Assembly (NCBI GenBank): GCA_963835575.1
Contig: CAWIGG010000004.1
Span: 608,001 to 672,000 of the forward strand
Length of the DNA stretch: 64,000 bases
Origin: an uncultured Spirochaetota bacterium
Lineage (GTDB): Bacteria; Spirochaetota; Brevinematia; Brevinematales; JAOACQ01
Direction of reading: 5' to 3'
Notes under the pieces: model-generated
The model's input: the letters and a program-made list of their open reading frames with translations, nothing else
Database searches by the model: none
What the model was told of the DNA's origin: nothing
In this document: piece by piece, positions 40,082-51,646 of the stretch
Numbering within the stretch: the stretch's first letter is position 1
How the letters are laid out: each line of letters begins with the position of its first letter
Translations under genes and position numbers: made by a program

Positions 40082-41089
40082 ATGCCTCAGCTTCGACAGA
40101 ATATTGTATTAAAGGAATGGGTCATTATCGCCACAGAAAGGGCAAAGAGGCCCGAGCAGCTTAAAGAAGATAAAAATATATCTGTAGAACGATATCCCGA
40201 ATATGACGAGAATTGTCCTTTCTGCCCCGGTAATGAAAAAAAATCGGGAAATACAGTAGAATTGTACAGGATAGGCAGCCAGAAAGACTGGAAATTAAAG
40301 GTCATTCCCAATAAATTCCCTGCTTTACAGCCTGAAGATGATGATATTCATGTCAATACATCAGGATATTTTCGCTGGATGGATGGAATAGGAAACCATG
40401 AAGTCCTGATTGAATCACCCAAACATAACATGACTCTTGCGACAATGGAAATACCGGAAGTTCTGGATGTTTTGAAAACATACCATCTCCGCATCAGCGA
40501 ATTGATTGAGCTGCCTTATATCGAGTCAGTAATCCCTTTTAGAAACCATGGAACAAGAGCCGGTGCATCCCTGATCCATCCGCATTCCCAAATAATCGCT
40601 CTCCCTGTCATACCAAGAGACGTAATTGCCCGTATGAATGAAAGCATCCGCCATCATGAGGAGCACAGGGAATGCATCTTCTGCAGAATGATAAAGTGCG
40701 AACTTGAATCACAGGAAAGGATTGTTTTCGATTCGCCTCATTTTACTGTTTTTGTCCCGTATGCGGCGTATTCACCGTTCGCCATGTGGCTTTTCCCAAA
40801 AAGGCATGCCTCTTCCTTCCTAGATGCGACAGAGGAAGAGCTGAGCGATCTTGCTATTGTCCTTCGTCAGGTATTAAGAAAACTTTATTTCGGATTAAAT
40901 GATCCGGATTACAATTACATTATCCGTTCTTCTCCTAAAGGCTACAGGAAACTGGCTTTTTTCCACTGGTATATTACAATTGTCCCCCGCTTAACAAGAA
41001 CAGCCGGGTTCGAACTCGGGTCCGGTATGTTTATCAATCCCAGCATACCAGAGGAAAACGCCGAATATCTAAGGAATTTCCAGGTTTAG
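40082..41089 (+). CDS. galT: Galactose-1-phosphate uridylyltransferase
   Basis: ERAKRP, CPFCPGNE, GASLIHPHSQ. Confidence 0.93.
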   Translation: MPQLRQNIVLKEWVIIATERAKRPEQLKEDKNISVERYPEYDENCPFCPGNEKKSGNTVELYRIGSQKDWKLKVIPNKFPALQPEDDDIHVNTSGYFRWMDGIGNHEVLIESPKHNMTLATMEIPEVLDVLKTYHLRISELIELPYIESVIPFRNHGTRAGASLIHPHSQIIALPVIPRDVIARMNESIRHHEEHRECIFCRMIKCELESQERIVFDSPHFTVFVPYAAYSPFAMWLFPKRHASSFLDATEEELSDLAIVLRQVLRKLYFGLNDPDYNYIIRSSPKGYRKLAFFHWYITIVPRLTRTAGFELGSGMFINPSIPEENAEYLRNFQV

Positions 41090-41100
41090 AGAGGATTTAA

Positions 41101-42213
41101 ATGAAATTTGATTATTGTATTGTCGGAGCAGGTTTTTCAGGAAGCGTTATCGCAGAAAGGGCGGCGAATGTTCTCAATAAAACCGTTCTTATAATTGAGG
41201 CCAGGAATCACATCGGCGGAAATGCCTTCGACAGATATGATCCATACGGTATTTTAATACAGCCATACGGACCTCATATTTTTCATACCTCTTCCCAGGA
41301 AGTCTGGAATTATCTTTCCAAATACACCAAATGGAATATTTATCACCATGAAGTCCTTGCTTTGATTGAAGGTAAAAAAGTCCCAATACCATTTAATTTA
41401 AATACGCTTCACATATTATATCCGACTTCGCTGGCTGATAAGCTTGAGAAAAAGCTTATCGATAATTACGGTTTTGGGAAAAAAATCACTATCCTGGAAT
41501 TAAAAAAATCTGATGATAAGGACTTAAAGTCATTGGCGGAATATGTTTATGAAAAAGTCTTTCTCAATTACACCATAAAACAATGGGACCTCAAACCGGA
41601 AGAATTATCACCCGCTGTAACAGGACGCGTCCCGGTTTTTATCAGCAGGGACAACCGCTATTTTCAGGACCCCTATCAGGGAATGCCGCAAACTGGCTTT
41701 ACGCAGATTTTCGAAAGCATGCTCTCTCATAAAAATATAAAAATAATGCTCAACACAAATTTTCAGGAGATAAAAAAGGACATAAGTTATAAGAAACTGA
41801 TCTTTACCGGTCCGATCGATTCCTATTATGATTATAAATTTGATAAATTACCTTACCGTTCCCTTGACTTCGAATGGATACACCTTGACCAGGATTATTT
41901 CCAGGAAGCAAGCGTCATCAATTACCCTAATGATTATCAATTCACAAGAATTACAGAATTCAAACGCCTTACATCGCAGAAATGTCCTTCCACAACAATC
42001 ATAAAAGAATACTCCAAAGCATGCGAAAAGGAAAACGATATTCCCTATTATCCGATCCCGAAGGATGAATATTTGGCCCTCTATAAAAAATACGAAAATG
42101 AAGCGAAAAAAGAAGCTGATACCATCTTCCTTGGACGGCTCGGCACATATAGCTATATTAACATGGATATTGCCGTATTAAACGCCTTGAAGATGTTTGA
42201 AAAGCTCAAATAA
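41101..42213 (+). CDS. glf: UDP-galactopyranose mutase
   Basis: GAGFSG, YGPHIFHT, RYFQD, TRITEFK, PYYP, GRLGTY. Confidence 0.96.
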   Translation: MKFDYCIVGAGFSGSVIAERAANVLNKTVLIIEARNHIGGNAFDRYDPYGILIQPYGPHIFHTSSQEVWNYLSKYTKWNIYHHEVLALIEGKKVPIPFNLNTLHILYPTSLADKLEKKLIDNYGFGKKITILELKKSDDKDLKSLAEYVYEKVFLNYTIKQWDLKPEELSPAVTGRVPVFISRDNRYFQDPYQGMPQTGFTQIFESMLSHKNIKIMLNTNFQEIKKDISYKKLIFTGPIDSYYDYKFDKLPYRSLDFEWIHLDQDYFQEASVINYPNDYQFTRITEFKRLTSQKCPSTTIIKEYSKACEKENDIPYYPIPKDEYLALYKKYENEAKKEADTIFLGRLGTYSYINMDIAVLNALKMFEKLK

Positions 42214-42228
42214 TTTCTAATAATAATT

Positions 42229-43377
42229 ATGTCTCTTTCACTATATATTCATATCCCTTTCTGCCGGGCCAAATGTCCATATTGTGATTTTACAAGCGGA
42301 TATAAGCCTGATAAAGAAATTCTTGCAAATTATACGGCCGCTCTCTGCAGGGAGATACGGCTTTTTCAAAATTCCTATTCTATTAAAGAACCGATTTCAA
42401 CTGTCTATTTTGGAGGCGGCACTCCTTCATTATTAACGAATGAGCAGTTAAATACCATTATTATTGAATTAAACAATAATTTTAACATTAAAAGCGACGA
42501 AAATACCCTTGAGGTTAATCCTGAAGATGTCACAAATGATAGAGTATATAAATGGCAGGAGACGGGTTTCAACAGGATAAGCCTCGGATTTCAATCAATG
42601 GAAAATCCCATACTCAAATTTCTCGGCCGCAGCAATAATAAAGATCAAAATATTCTTTCTTTAGCTTTACTTAAAGAAGCCGGTTTTAAAAATATCAGCA
42701 TTGATTTGATTACTTCCATAAAAGGCGAAGATATCGAATCCACTCTGCAATCCGTGTCAGAATTAAAACCAGCTCATATTTCAATATACCAGCTTACGAT
42801 AGAAGAAAAAACGCTCCTTTATCAAAAAGTAAAGAAAATGGAATATGTTCCCATGACTGATAATGAGATTCTTAATAATTACTGGAATATTAACAGGAGT
42901 TTGAAAAAACAAGGGTATCTCTATTATGAGATCTCTAATTACGCCTTATCCGCCAAATATTTCAGCAAGCATAATCTTAATTATTGGAATTATGGCCCTT
43001 ATATTGGTCTTGGCCTGGGAGCTTCCGGATTCATGTACTGTTTAAAAGAGGATTTTCATGGAAAGAGATGGACCAATACCATTGTTCTGAAAGATTATAT
43101 AAAAAAAGTCGAAGAAAATATTCTGCCGGTCGGTTTTACAGAAGAAATTGACAAAAAAACAGCCTCCCGTGAATACATTATGCTTGGTTTAAGAAAAACA
43201 GAAGGTATTTATTTCAAAGATTTTAATAGAATTTTTCAATTGGACTTTTTTAAGGCTGTCAGCCCAACAGCTCTCAAAAATATCTCTCCTTACCTCAAAA
43301 TAAATTCAGAAAAGATCAAGCTGAAAAGAAAAGGCATCAATATCGCCAATAAAATCATTCAGGAATTATGGAAGTAA
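42229..43377 (+). CDS. hemW: Radical SAM heme chaperone (HemN-like)
   Basis: YIHIPFCRAKCPYCDF, GGGTPS, YEISNY, HNLNYW. Confidence 0.9.
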   Translation: MSLSLYIHIPFCRAKCPYCDFTSGYKPDKEILANYTAALCREIRLFQNSYSIKEPISTVYFGGGTPSLLTNEQLNTIIIELNNNFNIKSDENTLEVNPEDVTNDRVYKWQETGFNRISLGFQSMENPILKFLGRSNNKDQNILSLALLKEAGFKNISIDLITSIKGEDIESTLQSVSELKPAHISIYQLTIEEKTLLYQKVKKMEYVPMTDNEILNNYWNINRSLKKQGYLYYEISNYALSAKYFSKHNLNYWNYGPYIGLGLGASGFMYCLKEDFHGKRWTNTIVLKDYIKKVEENILPVGFTEEIDKKTASREYIMLGLRKTEGIYFKDFNRIFQLDFFKAVSPTALKNISPYLKINSEKIKLKRKGINIANKIIQELWK

Positions 43378-43533
43378 ATCTCCATTAAAAATTGAACTTC
43401 ATATTTAAACATCAACAAAATCAGCAATTCTCTTTACTTTTTTTTATTTCTGCCGAAATTGATAAAGAAGTAATAACTTTTATTCATGAAGTATATTTGC
43501 TAAATATGACAGCAAACGCAGAGGAGGAAAAAT

Positions 43534-44430
43534 ATGGGTGAATCTGAATTAATGGATTTATTTCCGGATTCTTACGGTAAAGAAAACCATAAAAATAAAG
43601 AAGAAATCAGCGACGAAGGATATTATTACGGCGGACGTTCTAAAATGAGCGATTATAAACATTCAAACAATTCAATACATAAAATGAACGATTATAATGC
43701 CAACATCCCTGAAAGAAATCCTCAAAAAAAATCTTATATTAATGTCAGCGATGAGAGAATAGTATGGGCCGGCGCTATATTTGTCTTTTTCGGCGTTTTT
43801 ATTTTCCTCATCGGCTACTGGCTTGGTAAGACGACATTAAAAGATATTCTTTTTAATAATAAGCAGAATGTACAAAAAATCGAGGATAAAATTGACCAGA
43901 AAAAGATGGAAAACAATTTTGCGTTCAGTGTAACCCCTCTGCAGGACAATACAAAACCTGATAGTGAACCATTGAAAGATAACAAAGTTGTACTGCCCGC
44001 ACAGGAAGAAAACACTCCTGCCGTAAAGCAGGAAATAAAGCCCGACAATTTAACAGCTCCTCCCATAAAAGCTGAGGAAAACATCAAAACGGATATTAAA
44101 ACCGTTAAAGTAAAAACAAATCCGTCTATCAATGTTAAAAAACCGGCAAAGCCGCAAACTCAAAAAATAATTAAACCGGTTGCTGTAAACACCGGTAATT
44201 ATACTATCCAGGTGTCTGCCCACACCAGTATGGAAAAAGCGCGTCAGGTTGAAGATGGTTTAAGAAAAACAGGGCTTCAGTCATATCTGGTCGAGGCTAA
44301 TGTGAACGGCATTATATACTACCGTGTCAGGGTGGGAAAATATACTTCAAAGGATGACGCTCATACAGTCCTTCAGAAAATAAAGACCTTAGCTTACGGA
44401 AAAGACAGCATGATCCTTAATTTGCAATGA
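43534..44430 (+). CDS. SPOR-domain membrane-anchored protein
   Basis: One TM, low-complexity linker, C-terminal YTIQVSA...YYRVRVG. Confidence 0.88.
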   Translation: MGESELMDLFPDSYGKENHKNKEEISDEGYYYGGRSKMSDYKHSNNSIHKMNDYNANIPERNPQKKSYINVSDERIVWAGAIFVFFGVFIFLIGYWLGKTTLKDILFNNKQNVQKIEDKIDQKKMENNFAFSVTPLQDNTKPDSEPLKDNKVVLPAQEENTPAVKQEIKPDNLTAPPIKAEENIKTDIKTVKVKTNPSINVKKPAKPQTQKIIKPVAVNTGNYTIQVSAHTSMEKARQVEDGLRKTGLQSYLVEANVNGIIYYRVRVGKYTSKDDAHTVLQKIKTLAYGKDSMILNLQ

Positions 44431-44476
44431 CCCTAATAGACTAATATTTTTTATATTTATTCAAAGTGTATATAAC

Positions 44477-44508
44477 AAACCCCTCGCCACAAAAGGGTGA
44501 GGGGTTTT
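44477..44508. terminator. Intrinsic terminator between convergent genes
   Basis: AAACCCCTCGCC-ACAAAAG-GGTGAGGGGTTTT. Confidence 0.8.
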
Positions 44509-44548
44509 ATTATTATGCAATCCGTTAAAATAATTCAAACAAACCTTT

Positions 44549-46057
44549 TCAAAGCTCTTTTTTCGGTTTTAAAATATTTATATCCTCATCCAGCAAAATG
44601 ATTTCAGGTTTATTATCATTATTAATATCCTGGATGACAAAAAGGCTGTCATATCTTTTTATCGAAAATCGGTAAGTTTCGAATTTTCTGTCTTTTGGAT
44701 AAAAAATGGAAACTGCCGCCTGATTATTTGAAGTAATGCCGATTGTCACAAAATCCCAGCTTGAATCATTATTCACATCAAATATCCTGGCATCATAATA
44801 AAAATCATAACTGCAATTGGTAATATAAAATGCGTTGGCCGCATTGCTGATAATATAATCCCTCGAATTTGTCATCGCATTAGTATTAGTGATGATTTCA
44901 TAAAGGTTTGTTGGAGAAAGCAGAACCATCATATTGCTGACAAAAAAGATCTTAGTTACGGGAGTTATAATGGGTGACGAATATGAACTTATATTCGTTT
45001 GCATTAATATCCCTTCCAACAAAAAGACAGAAGATTCATTATTTAAATCAGCATATTCCTCAAAAAGCGGCAAATATATTTTATCCTTGTTTGTCCTTTT
45101 TTTCTCCTGGAGGGGAGATAGTATATCCCGGCTTTTCCACTTATCTATACCGGGATAGTTTCTGGATGAATAATATAATAGATTAGTATAATAATTATAA
45201 TTTCCCGGCAGATTAAAAGAAAATATCAGTGTCTCTTTATTCTGAAGCCTGTTATACATTACCAGCTGGTTGTAAGCTTTAAACCTGTAATTCTTGTTAC
45301 TCAATGAAGTCAGATACCGGAATGAATCGCTGATGTAGTCCCTGGCTTTCAGTAAAATATCACCGCGTACTAGATACGGCAGAAGATCATGATACTTATA
45401 AAACCGCTGAGGATTAATATCTTTTGCAGACATAAATATACTATATGCAGCATCATACTCCTTTTTTTCATATTTTATACACCCTAAAATAAAACGGATA
45501 TCCTGATTGTTCAGAAAAAACGCATCTTTTCCAATCTTATTTAAGTAATATTCCGCTCCAGCATAGTCTTTTTTATAATAAAAAAGAAGTATAGCTTTAT
45601 AATAAAAGAGTTCAGAATTGTTTAAACCAGTACTTAGGGCAAGATTTAAATTTTCATAGGCTTTTGAATAATTCTTCATCTTAAAATAAATGATCCCTAT
45701 CCGCTGAAATAAAAATCCGCTTTCATTTGAATAGGAATTGGTTAATCCTTCATACTGAATAATAGCATTGGATAAATCCTTATCATTTGATAAATTTAAA
45801 TGGATAAATTCATTGGATAGGGCTGAAAAGAATAAAGCGTTAGCAATGTCATGTTGAAACGATGCAGAATAATCATTAGATCGAAATAAAAGATAACTAT
45901 GATATAATTTAGATTCTTTTTGATAATCTGAGATTTGCGCCACAATGTTATTTTGCTTTTTTTTACCGGCAAACTTTTCCTCTGATTTTATACTGGTTTG
46001 TCCGCAAGATGAAAAAAATAAAAAAACAAAGATTAGATAAGGCATTACAGTTTTCAT
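44549..46057 (-). CDS. TPR lipoprotein with C-terminal FG-GAP/VCBS-like motifs
   Basis: FSSC lipobox, TPRs, DVNNDSSWDF and DINNDNKPEII. Confidence 0.7.
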   Translation of the reverse strand: MKTVMPYLIFVFLFFSSCGQTSIKSEEKFAGKKKQNNIVAQISDYQKESKLYHSYLLFRSNDYSASFQHDIANALFFSALSNEFIHLNLSNDKDLSNAIIQYEGLTNSYSNESGFLFQRIGIIYFKMKNYSKAYENLNLALSTGLNNSELFYYKAILLFYYKKDYAGAEYYLNKIGKDAFFLNNQDIRFILGCIKYEKKEYDAAYSIFMSAKDINPQRFYKYHDLLPYLVRGDILLKARDYISDSFRYLTSLSNKNYRFKAYNQLVMYNRLQNKETLIFSFNLPGNYNYYTNLLYYSSRNYPGIDKWKSRDILSPLQEKKRTNKDKIYLPLFEEYADLNNESSVFLLEGILMQTNISSYSSPIITPVTKIFFVSNMMVLLSPTNLYEIITNTNAMTNSRDYIISNAANAFYITNCSYDFYYDARIFDVNNDSSWDFVTIGITSNNQAAVSIFYPKDRKFETYRFSIKRYDSLFVIQDINNDNKPEIILLDEDINILKPKKEL

Positions 46058-46126
46058 AAATATACCAAGGTTTTCACATTTTCTATTTTATTAGTTATAA
46101 AAACCTCAAATCTTAATACTATTATT

Positions 46127-46201
46127 TGGGCGCTACAGGAGTCGAACCTGTGACCCTCTGCTTGTAAGGCAGATGCTCTAAACCAACTGAGCTAAGCGCC
46201 C
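46127..46201 (-). tRNA. tRNA-Val(TAC)
   Basis: GGGCGCTTAGCTCAGTTGGTTTAGAGC...CT-TAC-AA...GGTTCGAC...GCGCCCA. Confidence 0.95.
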
Positions 46202-46391
46202 GGCAAAGAATTAAGGGAATATTCTATATTATTTTTTTACAAGGGTCAAATAATATTGGTTTTTATACTCTTTTTGAGTAATCATAAATAATAACTCTTC
46301 TCATTTAATAAAAAACCCGCTTTTTTTAATTCTCAGAATTATACGTTTTTAAAGAAAAGTTCTTCAAATAAAAAAGGGAAGCCGTATACAA

Positions 46392-46769
46392 TTATAATAA
46401 GACTTTTATATGCAAGAGCAGGTTGGTGATGCTGTTTGTGATGCTGTTTGTATTCATGACTGGCGGAGTGTATTTTATTCTATCCAGAACCTCAAAAGTT
46501 ATAAAAATATAATTTAAACATACCAGTCCAAAAAAAGCGGAGAAGATAATACCAAGCATGGCAAAATCCCTTTTAGAATCTATAGCATAGGCAATAATGC
46601 CTAATACCAGTCCAATCCCTAATAGAACCATATTAATAGGAAGAAGAAATGATAATACTGCCATTTTTGTGTTTAAAAAATCCTGCGGTAGAAATTTAAA
46701 ATCCCAGATAAAACTCAAAAGTGTTAATGCCATGCCAACCATTGATAAGATAAAACTCACAACACCCAT
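46392..46769 (-). CDS. Hypothetical membrane protein
   Basis: Three TMs; AGGAG RBS; C-terminal TNSITNSITN repeat. Confidence 0.7.
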   Translation of the reverse strand: MGVVSFILSMVGMALTLLSFIWDFKFLPQDFLNTKMAVLSFLLPINMVLLGIGLVLGIIAYAIDSKRDFAMLGIIFSAFFGLVCLNYIFITFEVLDRIKYTPPVMNTNSITNSITNLLLHIKVLL

Positions 46770-46937
46770 AATCTATCTCCTTTGTTTTTTTTTTCTAAAA
46801 CATAATGTATAATATTATAATTTGAGCCGTTAATCAAGTTTCTTATTTTAAAGCAGATTATAACAATAGTCAAGGAGTAAAGTAACTCGACCTTGTTATT
46901 TCCTGCCTTTGAAGTATTTTATGGAGAGTATAAAAAA

Positions 46938-47465
46938 ATGAATAAAGTCCTTACTTTACCTCTTTTAGACGATTCTTTATTAAATAATATTACCGCCGGT
47001 GAAATGATTTATATCAATGGTATTTTATACACAGCGCGGGACCAGGCCCATAAATTACTTATCCAGATGATTAATCAAAAAAAAAATCTGCCCTTTAATC
47101 CAAAAGGAAATGTGATTTATTATTGCGGACCAACACCTTCCAGAGAAAACGGCTTGTTCGGCTCAGCCGGACCGACAACTTCAACAAGAATGGATGAGTA
47201 TACAATTCCGCTTCTTGAAAAAGGGCTGAAAGGTTTTATCGGGAAAGGAAACCGTTCAGATAAAATCAGAAACGCCTGTCAGAAATATAAAGCCCTTTAT
47301 TTTATATCATTTGGAGGAGCCGGCGCTTATCTTGCCAAAAGAATCATTAATCAAAAATTAATCGCTTTTAACGAATTAGGGACAGAAGCTATTTATCAAT
47401 TGGAAGTGCAAAACTTTCCGGTTATAGCTGCTTATGATGTTTTTGGAAAGACTATCTTTGAATAG
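46938..47465 (+). CDS. Fe-S fumarate/tartrate hydratase beta subunit
   Basis: TARDQAH, YYCGP, GPTTSTRM, IGKG. Confidence 0.92.
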   Translation: MNKVLTLPLLDDSLLNNITAGEMIYINGILYTARDQAHKLLIQMINQKKNLPFNPKGNVIYYCGPTPSRENGLFGSAGPTTSTRMDEYTIPLLEKGLKGFIGKGNRSDKIRNACQKYKALYFISFGGAGAYLAKRIINQKLIAFNELGTEAIYQLEVQNFPVIAAYDVFGKTIFE

Positions 47466-47637
47466 CAAATAAAACTTAATCTATCAGAGATTATAATCAT
47501 TACTTTATTGAGCATTATGTTTTTTAAATTATCAAAAAACATTATTATTCTGATGTTTAAGATCGAATTTTATATGTTATCTTGAATAAATTATAAAATT
47601 ATGTTATAAACTATAATTAGTATTGAGGAGGATATTT

Positions 47638-49182
47638 ATGAAAAGGCTATTCATTTTGGTTTTATTAATGGCTTTATTTACCAGTATCATGTTTTCACAG
47701 GCTGAAGTATCTCAAAGAAAAGATGTCGCTGTTCTTCCGGCTTATTCGTCCATAAATATTCCTGATTCCGCATATCAATATTTTGATGATACAATGATGG
47801 CTATATTGAATAGTATGAAGAGATTCCAGGTTATCGGCTACCAGTACCGCCTTGATAATAATTCGGCAGAGACATTTATACAAAAGGTCCAGGAAGCTAA
47901 AAAACAGGCGGCTCTCCAGAATCCTCAATATATGGACGCTGATCTGGGCATTGCAGTGATACCTGCCGCAGAAATGCAAAGAATAGCCAATTCTTTCTTT
48001 GTTTTCATTCCTTCCATCAGCGGATTCAGCGTCAGCGAACATCAAATCAAGATAGAAGAAAATAAAAAAGGGAAAATTACTATCAGGATTGCAACTGAAT
48101 ATATTGCCAATGTAACCATCTCAATAAAGATCATAACAGCAGGAGGAAACCTTATGAATACCTATTATAAAAGCATTGAGTCAAAATCGCAGTCAAGCTC
48201 AATGGACGCATATCAGCAGGCTATTTCCGGCGCTTTAGGCGGGTTGGAATTTCATCTTAGAACCGTGGAAGAATTTAAGATCAAAACGAGAGTCCTAAAA
48301 GTTGATAATGATTATGTTTATCTGGAACTGGGAAGAGAAATCGGAGTAGAACCGGGATATGAATTTTATATCCAGAAGGAAACAAAAGTCCTGGACCAGT
48401 TTACTGAAAAAATCAGCACTGGATTAGTCCGGATCAATACAATCGGCGACAAATGGTCAGCCGCATCAACTATTTTTGGTAATCCTCAAGTCGGCGACCA
48501 GCTGGTAGAAGCGCCAATGACCGGAGGCCGATTCAATATATTGCTGGGTATGGTGCCTATGGCTTTGTCCAGTTCTGAATTACTAATTCAATATGATGCT
48601 CCAGGCATTTCCTTTACCAGTACCGAATCATTTGCGAAATCGTCTTATGTCTTTAATGCCGGAATAAATTTTGAATATGAGCTCGGCTATGCAGGTCTTG
48701 TAGATTTCACTATTGGAGCGCTTTTCGGCAATCCTTTCGCTCTATCAGCAGATCTTGGCGGCGGGTATGAACTTTATTTTGGCAGCATGAGCCTTACTCT
48801 TGGGGCTGACTTATCCTTTGTCGGCATGATAAAGCCGCTTGGTACAAAAAATAACACCAATACAGTCACAATAAAAGGCACGGATTTTGATGATAATATT
48901 GATATTACACTGATGGGAGGGACAATAGGCATCAAACCAAAAATCACTTTTAATTATCAGATAGGACAACATATGAAAATCCGTTTAACAGGCGGATACG
49001 CGCTCTACTTCGCGCCTTTCTATTACCTCAATTTTCAATCTGCTTCCGACTCTAAAACATCCGCTGCTGTCGATATTGCTGAAAGCAGTGTTACCATGCT
49101 ATTAAACGGCAACAAGGTATCCACATTACCCATAGATTTCAGCGGCCCGTACGGCGGTATTGAATTGGTTTTTAGATTCTAA
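47638..49182 (+). CDS. Exported protein, probable C-terminal outer-membrane beta-barrel
   Basis: Signal peptide, alternating beta-strand pattern, ends VFRF. Confidence 0.6.
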   Translation: MKRLFILVLLMALFTSIMFSQAEVSQRKDVAVLPAYSSINIPDSAYQYFDDTMMAILNSMKRFQVIGYQYRLDNNSAETFIQKVQEAKKQAALQNPQYMDADLGIAVIPAAEMQRIANSFFVFIPSISGFSVSEHQIKIEENKKGKITIRIATEYIANVTISIKIITAGGNLMNTYYKSIESKSQSSSMDAYQQAISGALGGLEFHLRTVEEFKIKTRVLKVDNDYVYLELGREIGVEPGYEFYIQKETKVLDQFTEKISTGLVRINTIGDKWSAASTIFGNPQVGDQLVEAPMTGGRFNILLGMVPMALSSSELLIQYDAPGISFTSTESFAKSSYVFNAGINFEYELGYAGLVDFTIGALFGNPFALSADLGGGYELYFGSMSLTLGADLSFVGMIKPLGTKNNTNTVTIKGTDFDDNIDITLMGGTIGIKPKITFNYQIGQHMKIRLTGGYALYFAPFYYLNFQSASDSKTSAAVDIAESSVTMLLNGNKVSTLPIDFSGPYGGIELVFRF

Positions 49183-49198
49183 TAAACCTTCATTAAAT

Positions 49199-49230
49199 AA
49201 AAGGCGATACTGAAAAGTATCGCCTTTTTT
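49199..49230 (+). terminator. Intrinsic terminator
   Basis: AAAAGGCGATAC-TGAAAA-GTATCGCCTTTTTT. Confidence 0.85.
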
Positions 49231-49310
49231 ATTTTCATATTCAAAAGAAGTGTATTATAATATATTTCTTAACTGAATAATTATTTTAAAAATACGAGAG
49301 AGGTGTTTTT

Positions 49311-50378
49311 ATGTCTGAAATTACAATGGATGGCAAAGAAAAGGAAAAAGCCCTTCAGATAGCCATGGCTCAGATTGAGAAACAGTTTGGAAAAGGCGCG
49401 ATTATGAAGCTGGGAGATAGGCCTAAAACCGGCGATGTACCGGCTATTTCTACAGGCGCCCTGACCCTCGATCTCGCACTGGGGATTGGAGGTATTCCTT
49501 CCGGCAGGATCACTGAAATTTACGGCCCTGAATCTTCAGGAAAAACAACGCTGACGCTGAGTATTATCGCTGAAGCGCAGAAAGCTGGCGGTATTTGCGC
49601 ATTTATCGACGCGGAACATGCGCTGGACCCTCTGTATGCCGAAAAAATCGGTATTGATATAAAGAATCTTCTGATATCCCAGCCGGATACGGGAGAACAG
49701 GCCCTGGAAATTGTTGAAAGCCTTATCCGCAGCGGCGCAGTTGATCTGATTGTTGTTGATTCCGTCGCGGCCCTGGTGCCGAAAGCAGAAATTGACGGCA
49801 ATATGGGTGATGCTGTAATGGGCATGCAGGCCCGGCTGATGTCGCAGGCGCTCCGGAAGCTGACCGCGATTCTCAGCAAATCGCATACCGCCCTTGTTTT
49901 TATTAATCAAATCAGGATGAAAATAGGTGTGGTTTACGGCAATCCTGAAACGACTACAGGCGGTATGGCCCTTAAGTTTTATTCTTCCATCAGGATTGAA
50001 ATCAGAAAGATAGAATCGCTGAAAAAAGGAGATGAAAACTATGGAAACAGGGTCAGGGTTAAAGTCGTAAAAAATAAGATGGCCTCTCCATTTAAACAGG
50101 CTGAATTTGATATTATATTCGGCAAGGGTATTTCAAAAATCGGCTGTCTCATCGACGCAGCCATCGCCAGCAGTGTTATCCAGCGGAAGGGAACATGGTA
50201 TTTCCTGGGTGAAGACCGGATATCACAGGGCAGGGATAATTTAATAAAAGAAATTGAAGATAAACCCCCATTATTAAAAAAAGTTGAAGATCTGGTCAGG
50301 AATAAACTCGCAGAAGGTGCAGATATTAGTTCATTCGGCGGTGCTGAAAAAGCGGATAACAGTCCCGAGGAGAATTAA
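49311..50378 (+). CDS. recA: Recombinase A
   Basis: [28 protein letters not shown]; no intein. Confidence 0.99.
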   Translation: MSEITMDGKEKEKALQIAMAQIEKQFGKGAIMKLGDRPKTGDVPAISTGALTLDLALGIGGIPSGRITEIYGPESSGKTTLTLSIIAEAQKAGGICAFIDAEHALDPLYAEKIGIDIKNLLISQPDTGEQALEIVESLIRSGAVDLIVVDSVAALVPKAEIDGNMGDAVMGMQARLMSQALRKLTAILSKSHTALVFINQIRMKIGVVYGNPETTTGGMALKFYSSIRIEIRKIESLKKGDENYGNRVRVKVVKNKMASPFKQAEFDIIFGKGISKIGCLIDAAIASSVIQRKGTWYFLGEDRISQGRDNLIKEIEDKPPLLKKVEDLVRNKLAEGADISSFGGAEKADNSPEEN

Positions 50379-50381
50379 TTT

Positions 50382-51608
50382 ATGGAATTACAGCTCAAAG
50401 TACTTGAGGGAGGAATAGCGGAACCGGCAGGGTTCAGGGCAACCGGTATTTCCTGCGGACTGAAAGAAGGCGGTTATAAGGATGTAGGCCTTATTTTATC
50501 AAAAGTCCCCTGCGAGACGGCCTGTGTATTTACAAAAAATAAAATCAAAGCCGCCCCTGTACTTTTAGATATATCCCGTAATAATAATCCCATATCGGCA
50601 ATTATCGCGAATAGCGGCAACGCTAATTGCCTAACCGGTAAAACAGGCGATGAAAATGCTTTGGCTATGTCCGGTTTAGTAGAAAGGAGTCTTTCTCTAA
50701 AAGAAGGTTCTGTGATGGTTGCTTCAACAGGCGTCATCGGCCGGAAACTCATTATGGACAGAGTTATTTACGGAATAGAAAAAGTGTGCAACCTCATTAA
50801 AACAGAAAACGACTATAAAAATTTTTCAAATGCTATAATGACGACTGATAAAAAAATGAAAAACTGCGCTTATGAATTTGAAATCAACGGCCGGCCAATC
50901 AGGATCGGCGGAACTGCTAAGGGCGCAGGAATGATTAAACCTAATTTAGAATCACCTCATGCCACAATTCTTGTTTTTATAACAACAGACGCATCGATTA
51001 CAAGGGAAATGCTGAATCTTGCTTTAAAAGAAGCCGTTGATCTGTCCTTTAACCGCATCAGCGTTGATAATGATACCAGCACTAATGACAGTGTTTTTCT
51101 CATGGCAAACGGACAGGCAGGCAATGAAAAGATTTCTTCTGATAACGATTCACTTAAGATCTTTAAACAGGTTCTGATTAAAGTCTGCCAGAACCTAGCG
51201 AAGATGATCGTAAAAGACGGCGAAGGAGCAAGTAAAGTCATCAATATTACTGTCACGAACGCATTAACCAGTACTGATGCGGAAAAAATAGCACGCGCCG
51301 TGGGAGATTCTTATCTTGTTAAAACAGCCATATACGGGCAGAGCCCTAACTGGGGAAGAATTTTAGCCGCTCTCGGTTATTCCGGCGCTAAATTTAACGT
51401 TTCGCAAATCAAGCTTAGTATTAACGATCTGGTAATATTCGAAAAGGGCGATGTTAATAAAGCCAATGAAAGCAAAGCTACAGGTGAAATGCTTTCACCG
51501 GAAATCAATATCTCCCTCGATATCGGCATCGGAAAAAAAGAATATTTTCTCTGGACTTGCGACTTAACCTGCGATTATGTAAAAATCAATGCTAGTTATC
51601 TCAGTTAA
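50382..51608 (+). CDS. argJ: Glutamate N-acetyltransferase/ornithine acetyltransferase
   Basis: NSGNAN, STGVIG, KGAGMI, DTSTND, DGEGA, NWGR. Confidence 0.95.
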   Translation: MELQLKVLEGGIAEPAGFRATGISCGLKEGGYKDVGLILSKVPCETACVFTKNKIKAAPVLLDISRNNNPISAIIANSGNANCLTGKTGDENALAMSGLVERSLSLKEGSVMVASTGVIGRKLIMDRVIYGIEKVCNLIKTENDYKNFSNAIMTTDKKMKNCAYEFEINGRPIRIGGTAKGAGMIKPNLESPHATILVFITTDASITREMLNLALKEAVDLSFNRISVDNDTSTNDSVFLMANGQAGNEKISSDNDSLKIFKQVLIKVCQNLAKMIVKDGEGASKVINITVTNALTSTDAEKIARAVGDSYLVKTAIYGQSPNWGRILAALGYSGAKFNVSQIKLSINDLVIFEKGDVNKANESKATGEMLSPEINISLDIGIGKKEYFLWTCDLTCDYVKINASYLS

Positions 51609-51646
51609 TTTTCATTTCTAATTTTTTTTCTTTTTGTATACTTTCT

